Below are positions 28,532 through 36,693 of a stretch of DNA of 64,000 bases, one piece after another. The DNA lies in the NCBI GenBank assembly GCA_036000865.1, contig DASYUV010000252.1:623-64622 (forward strand). Direction: 5' to 3'. A model generated the notes under the pieces. The model searched no databases and was not told the DNA's origin. It was given only the letters and a program-made list of their open reading frames with translations. This stretch comes from Candidatus Binatia bacterium. GTDB taxonomy: Bacteria; Desulfobacterota; Binatia; UBA9968. How positions within the stretch are numbered: the stretch's first letter is position 1; each line of letters begins with the position of its first letter. A program made the translations under genes and the position numbers.

Positions 28532-30829
28532 ATGATGCAAAAGACGGATGACAAAAAAAGCAAACAGCAGAGTTTCTCTTCCATAGGCCAACCTGCGCCC
28601 AGAATCGAGGGAGTAGAAAAAGTTTCCGGTAGGGCGCGCTATACGGCGGATCATCTGCTGCCGGGAACGATATGGGGCAAAGTTTTGCGCAGCCCCTATC
28701 CGCATGCCCGTATCGTCCGCGTGGACACTGCGCGAGCCGAATCGCAGCCGGGAGTCATGGCGGTCATAACGGCAGCCGATATCCCAGACGTGTTAACCGG
28801 TCGCCGACTGCAGGATATGCCGATGCTGGCGCGGGATCGAGTGCGTTTTATCGGTGAGAAGGTTGCGGTGGTGGCGGCCGAGGAGCGCAATGTCGCCGAA
28901 GAAGCGGCGCAGCTGATCGAGATCGAATACGAGGAGATGCCGCCCGTCTTCGATCCCCTGGTCGCCGTCACAGAAGGCGCGCCCCAGCTTCATGACCAGT
29001 TGAAGAACTACAAGGGACTGCCGCAGCTCGCCTCTGCGGTCAATAACGTATATTCGCATGACGCGTGGCGGCTGGGAGATGTCGAGCAGGGATTTCGCGA
29101 GTCCGATCACATTTTCGAGGACACATTTACGACGCAGCACGTTCATCAAGCTTATCTGGAGCCCCATTCGAGCGTGCTTTCTATCGACAAAAAAACGGGC
29201 TCCATTCATGTCTGGGTGAGCAACAAGGCTCCGTACCAGACTAAGCAAAGTCTTGCGGCGGCGATCGGCGTCCCCGCGGAAAAAATCGTCATTCACGTCG
29301 CTGCGATAGGCGGCGACTTTGGAGGTAAGGGGGCGCTCATGGATCTTCCCCTCTGTTACTTCCTCGCGAAACGAACCGGCCGCCCGGTCCGCATGATCAT
29401 GACCTATACCGAAGAGCTCATGGCCGGAAATCCTCGCCACGCGGCGGTTATCGTCGTGAAGACGGGTGTAAAAAAAGATGGGACGCTTATGGCCAGGCAG
29501 GTCCGGGCTTTTTGGAACGGCGGCGCCTATGGCGCGATGAAGCCCATTCCGTCGGTAAACTTGCCGGGCGCCGTCAAAGCCGCCGGCTCCTACCGTATTC
29601 CCAACGTCAAGATCGACTCTTACGCGGTGTACACCAACAGCGTTCCGTGCGGCCATTTCCGCTCTCCCGGAATGGTACAGCTGGTATTTGCCGGCGAATC
29701 GCAGATGGATATGATCGCCAAATCACTGCAGATCGATCCTCTCGAGATCAGGATTCGGAACGCGCTTCAAGACGGCGATTTGACACCCGGCGAGAGCAAA
29801 GATGGCATGGTGGATGTAAAGTGCCAGGAAGTGTTGCAGTCGGCCGCCGATGCTTCCAATTGGAAGAGATTTAAGAAGTCTCCTAAGGTAGGTCGAGGGG
29901 TAGCACTCTCTTATCGAAACGTTGGGATCGGCGATGCCAATGCTCGATTGAGCGTGGGTCCGGACGGAATTGTCTCACTGTTGATCACCTATGCTGACAC
30001 CGGCACGGGAGCGCACACGATTCTTTGCCAGATGATAGCTGAGGTTTTGGATATTCCATTCAGTCAGGTGAAACTAGAAGTCGGCACGACGGATTGTTTT
30101 CGCTCCGAAGCCGGCACCGGCGCTAGCCGGGTGACCTTTGTGTTAGGACAAGCCGTATTGAAGGCCGTCGATAAGCTGAAGGCGTTGCTGCGGCACCGGG
30201 GAGCGGAAATGCTCGGTGTCGCCGCTGAGGAGATCGCGATCAGAAAGGGGCGGCTTTTGGTGGAACGTCATAGCTCGCGATCTTTGTCGCTCGCACAAAT
30301 TGCCGCAGCTGCCGCAGTGGAAGGCAAGCCCCTAGAAGTGGAAAGCTATTACGAAGCGACTGAGACACCTCCAGAAGGAGTATTCACTGCATGCGTAGCC
30401 GAAGTGTATGTTGACACGGAGACGGGTCAAGTCCACTTACGAAAGCTAAATACGGTTCATGACGTTGCTACGATTCTCAATCCGGTAGGACACCAAGGAC
30501 AAATTGACAGCGGCATTATGCAGGGCGTGGGTTATGCTCTGATGGAAGAGATGGTTTTGGAGGATGGGCGAGTCACGACCCTGAACCTCGGTGAATACAA
30601 GATACCGAACATCAAGGACATCAGTTCTTTGCAAACAACGCTCGTCCGCGGAGAGGTCGGCGCGGCACCGTTCCAAAGTAAGGAGATCGGCGAAAGCGCC
30701 ATCTCCCAGGTCGCGCCCGCGATTGCGAACGCAGTTTATGACGCCGTGGGCGTACGCATCATGGACCTCCCGATTACGGCGGAGAAAGTTTTTCGCGCGT
30801 TGCAGGACCGGCAGATTCGAGGGTCGTAG
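28532..30829 (+). CDS. Molybdenum hydroxylase large MoCo subunit, copy 2
   Basis: ATG at 28532 after GAGG. It has the GGDFGGK motif and the catalytic Glu context SKEIGESAISQVAPAI. It follows the G, M and S subunits. Confidence 0.85.
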   Translation: MMQKTDDKKSKQQSFSSIGQPAPRIEGVEKVSGRARYTADHLLPGTIWGKVLRSPYPHARIVRVDTARAESQPGVMAVITAADIPDVLTGRRLQDMPMLARDRVRFIGEKVAVVAAEERNVAEEAAQLIEIEYEEMPPVFDPLVAVTEGAPQLHDQLKNYKGLPQLASAVNNVYSHDAWRLGDVEQGFRESDHIFEDTFTTQHVHQAYLEPHSSVLSIDKKTGSIHVWVSNKAPYQTKQSLAAAIGVPAEKIVIHVAAIGGDFGGKGALMDLPLCYFLAKRTGRPVRMIMTYTEELMAGNPRHAAVIVVKTGVKKDGTLMARQVRAFWNGGAYGAMKPIPSVNLPGAVKAAGSYRIPNVKIDSYAVYTNSVPCGHFRSPGMVQLVFAGESQMDMIAKSLQIDPLEIRIRNALQDGDLTPGESKDGMVDVKCQEVLQSAADASNWKRFKKSPKVGRGVALSYRNVGIGDANARLSVGPDGIVSLLITYADTGTGAHTILCQMIAEVLDIPFSQVKLEVGTTDCFRSEAGTGASRVTFVLGQAVLKAVDKLKALLRHRGAEMLGVAAEEIAIRKGRLLVERHSSRSLSLAQIAAAAAVEGKPLEVESYYEATETPPEGVFTACVAEVYVDTETGQVHLRKLNTVHDVATILNPVGHQGQIDSGIMQGVGYALMEEMVLEDGRVTTLNLGEYKIPNIKDISSLQTTLVRGEVGAAPFQSKEIGESAISQVAPAIANAVYDAVGVRIMDLPITAEKVFRALQDRQIRGS

Positions 30830-30886
30830 CATGCGAACCTCTTTGAGAATTGCGTCGGCGGTCTCGGGATTGCGGAGGAGGTGACG

Positions 30887-31837
30887 ATGATGCCGATAAT
30901 TATCCTATCGTCCTTCTGGTTTTTGCTCTTTCCATATTTCGCGGTGGCTCAACCGCTGAAGGAAATTCGGATCGGATCCAGCGACATTACCGTCAGTAAC
31001 TTGTGTACGTTTTACGCGCGCGATCGAAAATTTTTTGAAGCTGAAGGCATTGACGTTAAGATTATCATTGTCAAAACAGAAGCAGCCCTGGCCGCGTTGG
31101 CGGTGGGGGATCTCGAGTATTCGACGTTAAGTACCTCTTCCATTGAAGCCACGCTCAAAGGCATGCCATTGCGCCTCATCGCCGTGACGAACCGGCAACC
31201 TTTGCTAGGTTTGTTGGTTCGTAAGGGAATCAATAGCGTGCCAGAGCTGCGGGGAAAGAAATTATCGATCAGTTCTTTCGGCGGCGCGATTTATGGAGCT
31301 GCCGTGTATCTCCTCAAGAATCACGGGCTTAGGCCAAAGGAGGACGTTGTTATCTTGGCGGGAGGTTCCAACTCGGCGCGCGCTGCCGCACTTAAACAGG
31401 GAGCGGTGGATGCGGCGCTCTTGAGTTCTCCAGATGACATTAGAACCGCGGGAGAAGGGTTCCGTATCTTACTCGATGTTGGGAGCGATTATCGGCTTCC
31501 GTGGGGGGGCGTCAGCGCGACGCTGGCGAAAATTCGTGGAAATGCCCCTGAAGTTGAAAGGGTCCTGCGGGCGGTCCTGCGGGCCACCAGGGCGATTACG
31601 GACGCGCATAACAAGGATGATGTAACAGGGTGGATCGGGAAATTTTTCAAGCTTGATCGGGCAATGTCCGACGAGTTCTATCGCAGGCTTGTTCCATCTC
31701 TCAGCCCTACCGGGTTCGTGGAGCGTGACAAAATCAAACTGGTTATCGACAACGCTGTCGAGCGGGGCTTGACCGACAAGCCTCTCGATCCCGATGCGGT
31801 GACGGACTTTTCGATCGCCAGACAATTGCGGTTTTGA
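30887..31837 (+). CDS. NMT1/SsuA-type solute-binding protein (SBP-5)
   Basis: GGAGGAGG RBS and signal peptide MMPIIILSSFWFLLFPYFAVA/QP. It belongs to the same subfamily as SBP-4. Confidence 0.75.
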   Translation: MMPIIILSSFWFLLFPYFAVAQPLKEIRIGSSDITVSNLCTFYARDRKFFEAEGIDVKIIIVKTEAALAALAVGDLEYSTLSTSSIEATLKGMPLRLIAVTNRQPLLGLLVRKGINSVPELRGKKLSISSFGGAIYGAAVYLLKNHGLRPKEDVVILAGGSNSARAAALKQGAVDAALLSSPDDIRTAGEGFRILLDVGSDYRLPWGGVSATLAKIRGNAPEVERVLRAVLRATRAITDAHNKDDVTGWIGKFFKLDRAMSDEFYRRLVPSLSPTGFVERDKIKLVIDNAVERGLTDKPLDPDAVTDFSIARQLRF

Positions 31838-31938
31838 AGCCCGATGCATTTGGGAAATAGTCAAAGGCAATTATCCGCGGGACTGGAGACGTGCCATTTA
31901 TCAAGGAAGTTGGAAAATACTGAGGAAGGAGCGCTTAT

Positions 31939-32439
31939 ATGACGGGTGAAGCAAGCGAAGCCATTGTTAGAGGACTCAAGTCTGCGGGCGTAGACCTGGT
32001 TGCTATCCTACCCGATCACGGGTTCGATCGAGTTCAAAAGGAAATTGCTGAAGATGACCGGTTCACGTTTGTTCCTGTCAGCAACGAAGGAATCGGCGCG
32101 GGAGTGTGTGCAGGAGCTTTTTTTGGAGGTAAGAGCCCTGCGCTGATGATTCCGACTTCCGGTTTCTTGGTCGCGGCCTGGCCGCTGGCCAGCCTGCATA
32201 ATCTATGGAACATCCCTCTCCTATTATTGATTCCGTATCGCGGTGATGTGGGAGACGCGCAGCCGGTCATGAGGACTTACAAGTTTACGACTGAGCCCAT
32301 ATTGCGTGATTTACAGATTCCGTACGTTCTCGTGAGCGAGGTGTCAAAGGTCGAGGGCGCCATCAAAGATGCAGTGGCGTCCGCTTTTGCTTGGCAAAAT
32401 CCAATCTGTCTGTTGTTTACAGGGGAGACTCTGCGATGA
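31939..32439 (+). CDS. Split ThDP decarboxylase alpha subunit (alpha-3)
   Basis: 166 aa with the VSNEGIGAGVCAG motif. It is the closest paralogue of alpha-2. Confidence 0.8.
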   Translation: MTGEASEAIVRGLKSAGVDLVAILPDHGFDRVQKEIAEDDRFTFVPVSNEGIGAGVCAGAFFGGKSPALMIPTSGFLVAAWPLASLHNLWNIPLLLLIPYRGDVGDAQPVMRTYKFTTEPILRDLQIPYVLVSEVSKVEGAIKDAVASAFAWQNPICLLFTGETLR

Positions 32440-33071
32440 AGAGAATTGATTGTCTTAAGGCGCTAGCAGAAATTACCAAGGAAGACGATCTGGTCGTCAC
32501 CAATTTAGGGAATACTCCACACGAATGGCTTTCCGTAAGGCCTTCGAGGGCGAACCTGTACGGGATGAATTTGGGGCAGTGTACGCCGGTGGCTTTGGGG
32601 CTTGCTCTGGCTTTGCCTCACCGGAGGGTTTTTGCGCTCGACGGAGACGGCAATCTCCTTCTGAATTTGGCCTCTTTGGCGGATACCGCCTATCGCAAAC
32701 CGTCAAATCTGAGCATTATTGTTTTTGACAATGAAGCCTATGAATCGCCTGGGGGAATGCCCACCGCAACGGCCCACGGCGTTGATTTAGTTCAGGTGGC
32801 TAAGGGATGCGGTATTAAGAAAAGCTTCACGGCGAGCACCCTCGACGATTTCCGAGAAAGGATCAAGCTTTTTGAGGAAAAAGAGCTGTGTTTTATTGTG
32901 GCGAAAATAGAAACCGGCACGATCGAGAGACCTCCTTATGCGAGTCTGGACTATAAATTCAACAAGTATCTTTTTGCCACCTATATCGAGGAAACAGAAA
33001 AGAAGCCCGTGCTCAGACTGCGTTCCAAATCTCCATTCACGAACCGATTAGATCCGGAGAAGCAAGTCTAG
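32436..33071 (+). CDS. Split ThDP decarboxylase beta subunit (beta-3)
   Basis: ATGA overlap with alpha-3. It has LDGDGN-x24-FDNE and the tail NKYLFATYIEETEKKPVLRLRS. Confidence 0.8.
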   Translation: MKRIDCLKALAEITKEDDLVVTNLGNTPHEWLSVRPSRANLYGMNLGQCTPVALGLALALPHRRVFALDGDGNLLLNLASLADTAYRKPSNLSIIVFDNEAYESPGGMPTATAHGVDLVQVAKGCGIKKSFTASTLDDFRERIKLFEEKELCFIVAKIETGTIERPPYASLDYKFNKYLFATYIEETEKKPVLRLRSKSPFTNRLDPEKQV

Positions 33072-33211
33072 CGGTCTAAGCTTCTTGGAACTTGGTTTCC
33101 GCTGTCCCGGCTCTAACTGAGGACTCATGCTGGCCGAGGCACGCGAGCATATGCAATGGTGCCTTCAAAGCAACCTATATTGTTTGTCCGATAATGAGGA
33201 GGTGGAGGATT

Positions 33212-34198
33212 ATGTCTTGGACACGATCACTTGCTTTGGTCTTATTGCTATTGATCTATCCGTCGTGGGCTCACTCTCAGTCAAAAAAACTGGAATCAGT
33301 GAAGATCGGATATAGCGGGGTAGGCATCGCCCATGACCTTCTTAAAATTATGGGCAATAAGCTTATCTTCGAAAAACACGGACTAAATGCGCAAAGCATC
33401 TACATCGGTAGCGGTTCGCTTATGAATCAGGCGGTGGTAGCCGGGAGTATACAGTTCACCACCTCCGATCTTCCCTCGCAAATCCAATCGGCGCTTGCGG
33501 GCATAGATTTTAAGATCATCAGCGTTACGATTGACAGACTTGACGGCGCGATCATGGCTCGGAAAGGGATTCGAAGCCCGCAAGAGCTTAAAGGAAAAAA
33601 AATAGCTATTAGCCGGTTTGGCTCGGTATCCGATATTGTGACGCGTATGGTGCTCAGGCATTGGGGCCTGGACCCCAAGGATGTTATTTTGATGCAAGTT
33701 GGTAATACGCCTACCCGCATCGCCGCAATTTTGAGCGGCCAGGTGGACGGTGGGCTGATTAATCCTACCGACGTTGACAGAATGGTCGCCAGCGGTTGCT
33801 GTGTTCTGCTGGGAGATCTTAGCGCCTTGGATATTCCCTACGCGAGATTCGGTGTGGCTGGTCTGGGAAGTTATTTCAAAGCAAACACTGATACCGCAGC
33901 CAGGGTATTGGGGGCTTTTACGGAGGGAATTCATTATTACAAGACTCACCCGGAAGATGGCGTAGCGGCTCTGCGAAGCAGAGGAGCTGATCCTCAGGTG
34001 ACCAAAGAGATATATCAAAAGGTGGCGGATTCCTACCGCACTCGGCCCGATCCGGATTTGATCAGCATCAAAGGTGTCTTGGACTCTCTGCCCGATGAAA
34101 AGGCCAAAAAAATCCGCCCGGAAGCTTTGATCGATCCCACGCCCTGGGAGAGAGTAGCAAAGAGCGGCTTAGTAGAAAGGCTCTATGGAAAGAAATAG
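33212..34198 (+). CDS. NMT1/SsuA-type solute-binding protein (SBP-6)
   Basis: ATG at 33212 after GAGGAGGTGGAGG. Signal peptide MSWTRSLALVLLLLIYPSWAHS/QS and the AISRFGSVSDI motif. Confidence 0.8.
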   Translation: MSWTRSLALVLLLLIYPSWAHSQSKKLESVKIGYSGVGIAHDLLKIMGNKLIFEKHGLNAQSIYIGSGSLMNQAVVAGSIQFTTSDLPSQIQSALAGIDFKIISVTIDRLDGAIMARKGIRSPQELKGKKIAISRFGSVSDIVTRMVLRHWGLDPKDVILMQVGNTPTRIAAILSGQVDGGLINPTDVDRMVASGCCVLLGDLSALDIPYARFGVAGLGSYFKANTDTAARVLGAFTEGIHYYKTHPEDGVAALRSRGADPQVTKEIYQKVADSYRTRPDPDLISIKGVLDSLPDEKAKKIRPEALIDPTPWERVAKSGLVERLYGKK

Positions 34199-34256
34199 TC
34201 TTTATCACGGCAGCCTTGACGGATCCCATGTTTAAAGGACGAAGTTTATCGTCGTT

Positions 34257-34314
34257 CGGGATGACAGATCGCTTACATGTCATTCCGAGCGCCGAGCGAG
34301 GAATCTTTCTTGAG
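34257..34314. repeat. Small palindromic REP/MITE-like element (TGTCATTCCGAGCG...CGAGGAATC type)
   Basis: CGGGATGACA (34257-34266) is inverted with TGTCATTCCG (34278-34287), followed by AGCGCCGAGCGAGGAATC. A related element lies at 50192-50270. Confidence 0.6.
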
Positions 34315-34372
34315 GCTAAAGTACGCTTCGGTTCTAAAGCAAGCACTAGCCAAAAACTGCAAGGAGTGACTC

Positions 34373-34882
34373 ATGAAAGAAACTGTAGCGAGTGAAGTTG
34401 TTGAAGGACTGAAGGACGCGGGGATCAAGTTTGCGTCCTTTTTGCCCGATAGCTGGTTGAGGCCGATTTACTCGCGGCTGTCGCAGGACCCACGTTTCAT
34501 CACAATCCCTGTCTCCAACGAGGGAGTCGGCGTTGGACTGTGCTGCGGGGCCTGGCTGGGTGGTATAAAAGCGGTGATGTTGATGGAGAATACCGGCGTG
34601 CGCATGGCCTGTGATCAACTCGCGCGTCTCGGGATCAGTGTGGGGCTTCCCTGTTTCATGATCATTCCGTACCGGGGAGATATTGGCGACAGCCAGACCT
34701 ATGCCGTAGCGCATGGCCAGACCATGCTTCCGGTTCTCGATGCGCTGCGCATACCTTACTATATAGTGCGCGAGGAAAACCGGATTCGCCAGTCCATCCG
34801 TCGGTGTCTTAAGACGTTGAGCGTCACCAACTATCATGTGGCCATGGTCATGGGCGCCGAAGTCTGCGTCGAGAATCTTTGA
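34373..34882 (+). CDS. Split ThDP decarboxylase alpha subunit (alpha-4, divergent)
   Basis: 169 aa with the VSNEGVGVGLCCG motif. Confidence 0.75.
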   Translation: MKETVASEVVEGLKDAGIKFASFLPDSWLRPIYSRLSQDPRFITIPVSNEGVGVGLCCGAWLGGIKAVMLMENTGVRMACDQLARLGISVGLPCFMIIPYRGDIGDSQTYAVAHGQTMLPVLDALRIPYYIVREENRIRQSIRRCLKTLSVTNYHVAMVMGAEVCVENL

Positions 34883-34902
34883 CGGAGGAGGAGAGCTTCC
34901 TT

Positions 34903-35496
34903 ATGGAAAGAATCGATTGTCTAAAGGCGCTGGTCCCCTATATTAAAGATCAGTTGGTCGTAATCACTTTGGGCCGGACGTCGCTGGAATGGGCCGAAGT
35001 CTGCCCGCGTGAGGGCAACATGTTCAACTCGGGAATGGGTAATCATATTCCGGTTGCTTTGGGATTGGCGAAAGCGCTCCCGCATCGTCAGATTATTCTT
35101 CTGGACAGTGACGGAAGCGTCCTTATGTTGCTTTCAGCCCTGACGACCTTGGGATCGTATCCGGCGCCAAACTTGAAGGTTTTTGTCTTCGACAACGAAG
35201 CTTATGAGGGAAGCGGCGGCCAGCCCAGCGACACGTCCCGGGTGACGGACATTGCGGCCATGGCGCAAGGCGCCGGTGTGTGCGGAGCACTAACGGTCAA
35301 AGACTTGGATTCGTTTAACGCCGCGGCGCGCGACGCCTTGACCAAGGAGGGAATGACTTTCATCGTGGCCAAAATCGAACTGGCCAAGGGACCGGCGCCG
35401 CGCAAGGATGTCGGTCATAAGGAAGGTCTTCTCCAGTTTGTCAGATACGTCGAGAAAACCGAGAATATAGCGGTCCTCCATCGCGAGCATTATTGA
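34903..35496 (+). CDS. Split ThDP decarboxylase beta subunit (beta-4, divergent)
   Basis: ATG at 34903 after GGAGGAGGAG. It has LDSDGS-x24-FDNE (SDG instead of GDG) and the tail LLQFVRYVEKTEN. Confidence 0.75.
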   Translation: MERIDCLKALVPYIKDQLVVITLGRTSLEWAEVCPREGNMFNSGMGNHIPVALGLAKALPHRQIILLDSDGSVLMLLSALTTLGSYPAPNLKVFVFDNEAYEGSGGQPSDTSRVTDIAAMAQGAGVCGALTVKDLDSFNAAARDALTKEGMTFIVAKIELAKGPAPRKDVGHKEGLLQFVRYVEKTENIAVLHREHY

Positions 35497-35587
35497 AATT
35501 CAGAGCAGAAAATCGGACTGAGACCAGGTTCTTTCGCTTGCGCAGGTTGCGTTTCGCCGGGTGTGTTCTGAGTGAGGATCGCGGTTC

Positions 35588-36568
35588 TTACTTGAAAACG
35601 CGGTCGAGAAAACCGCTCTGATCCAATTCCTTCAGATAACGCGCTTCGATAAAATCTTGCGGCTTGTATTTTTTGGCGATGGGGTCGCGAATGGCAATGG
35701 CGTCCAAAACCGCCTGCATTCCCTTTTCGCTCGCGTAAGGCTTTCTGGGCAGGATCTTGAGCAGGTAATCGTAAGTTTCGTCCAGCGCTTCCCGGTCTTC
35801 GAGACGCATCCACTGTCTCAAGGTGGCGAGGCTTTCTTCTTTGTTCTTGTGAATATAAGCGATACCTTCAACGAAGCCCCTCAGGACGTTGAGGACCGTC
35901 TGCTGATTTTTCTGCGCAAAATCGAGAGTCGTATCAATGGAATTATAGGCCCACGTGATGCCGGCTTCTTGAAAACTGGCGATCTGATTGAAGCCCATCT
36001 TTCTCGCGGTTACGGTGAGCGGGGGAGAAATAACTGTGGCATCGACCGAGCCGGACCGTAGCGCAGAAAAGCGGGCGGTCTGATCTCCGATACCCAATAT
36101 GACCGCCTCCTTTTCCGGGTTGATCCCCATGTTCCTTAACGCGATTCTGAGAGACAGATCGGATACGGATCCGAGCCGGCTAATCGCGAACTTCTTCCCT
36201 TTGAGTTGAGCTGCGGACTTGAGCGGCTGAGAAGAGACCAGCGTGTAGGGCAGCGAATCGATGAATACCGCCAGGGTCGCCGTTTCCGCGCCGCGCATCT
36301 TGGCATCGACAATGGAACTGGTTCCTCCAGCGTGAAACTGGACGGAACCCGAGAGCAAGGTCTGGACCGCGAGAGGCCCGCCCTGGATCGTAATTACTTC
36401 GGTGTCCAATCCGTGTTTCTTAAAAAGGCGCCGATCTTGCGCGACCCAAAGCGGCAACAGTTCGCCGCTCAATCCGGCGCTTGCGATGCGGACAGTTGCG
36501 GCGTCAGCATGGGACAAAACCGAGAAGACGGATAATACCAACACAAGGCCGAGCAAGATCCGTCGCAT
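35588..36568 (-). CDS. NMT1/SsuA-type solute-binding protein (SBP-7)
   Basis: ATG at 36568 after GGAGGG. Signal peptide MRRILLGLVLVLSVFSVLSHADA/AT and the AISRLGSVSDL motif. The 81-codon upstream extension of the track ORF runs through a REP element and is not credible. Confidence 0.8.
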   Translation of the reverse strand: MRRILLGLVLVLSVFSVLSHADAATVRIASAGLSGELLPLWVAQDRRLFKKHGLDTEVITIQGGPLAVQTLLSGSVQFHAGGTSSIVDAKMRGAETATLAVFIDSLPYTLVSSQPLKSAAQLKGKKFAISRLGSVSDLSLRIALRNMGINPEKEAVILGIGDQTARFSALRSGSVDATVISPPLTVTARKMGFNQIASFQEAGITWAYNSIDTTLDFAQKNQQTVLNVLRGFVEGIAYIHKNKEESLATLRQWMRLEDREALDETYDYLLKILPRKPYASEKGMQAVLDAIAIRDPIAKKYKPQDFIEARYLKELDQSGFLDRVFK

Positions 36569-36600
36569 TTTGCCCTCCTGGAACTGCATCAATTGACGCC

Positions 36601-36657
36601 GTCTCTCCGGTGAGTGAGCCCTCACCCCTTCCCTCTCCCGCGACGGGCGAGGGAGAC
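36601..36657. repeat. GC-rich small palindromic element (CCCTCTCCCG-CGA-CGGGCGAGGG type)
   Basis: 10-bp stem with one mismatch (36631-36640 with 36644-36653) and outer GTCTC/GAGAC arms, lying between hydantoinase A and SBP-7. Confidence 0.5.
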
Positions 36658-36665
36658 TCTTGCGT

Positions 36666-36693
36666 TTGAACCTTGAACGTTGAACTTTTGAAC
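36666..36693. repeat. Tandem TTGAACN heptads (second copy)
   Basis: TTGAACCTTGAACGTTGAAC (36666-36685) is identical to 28487-28506, followed by TTTTGAAC. It abuts the hydantoinase A stop codon. Confidence 0.7.

Noticed and set aside
26617-30829. Aerobic carbon monoxide dehydrogenase (coxGMSL)
   Set aside because: The subunit architecture is Cox-like. However, the active-site loops read ..IRGTQLRGLGVPEG (L1) and ..PCGHFRSPGMVQ (L2). Neither is the AYXCSFR (form I) or AYRGAGR (form II) signature, so only a generic Mo-hydroxylase call is justified.
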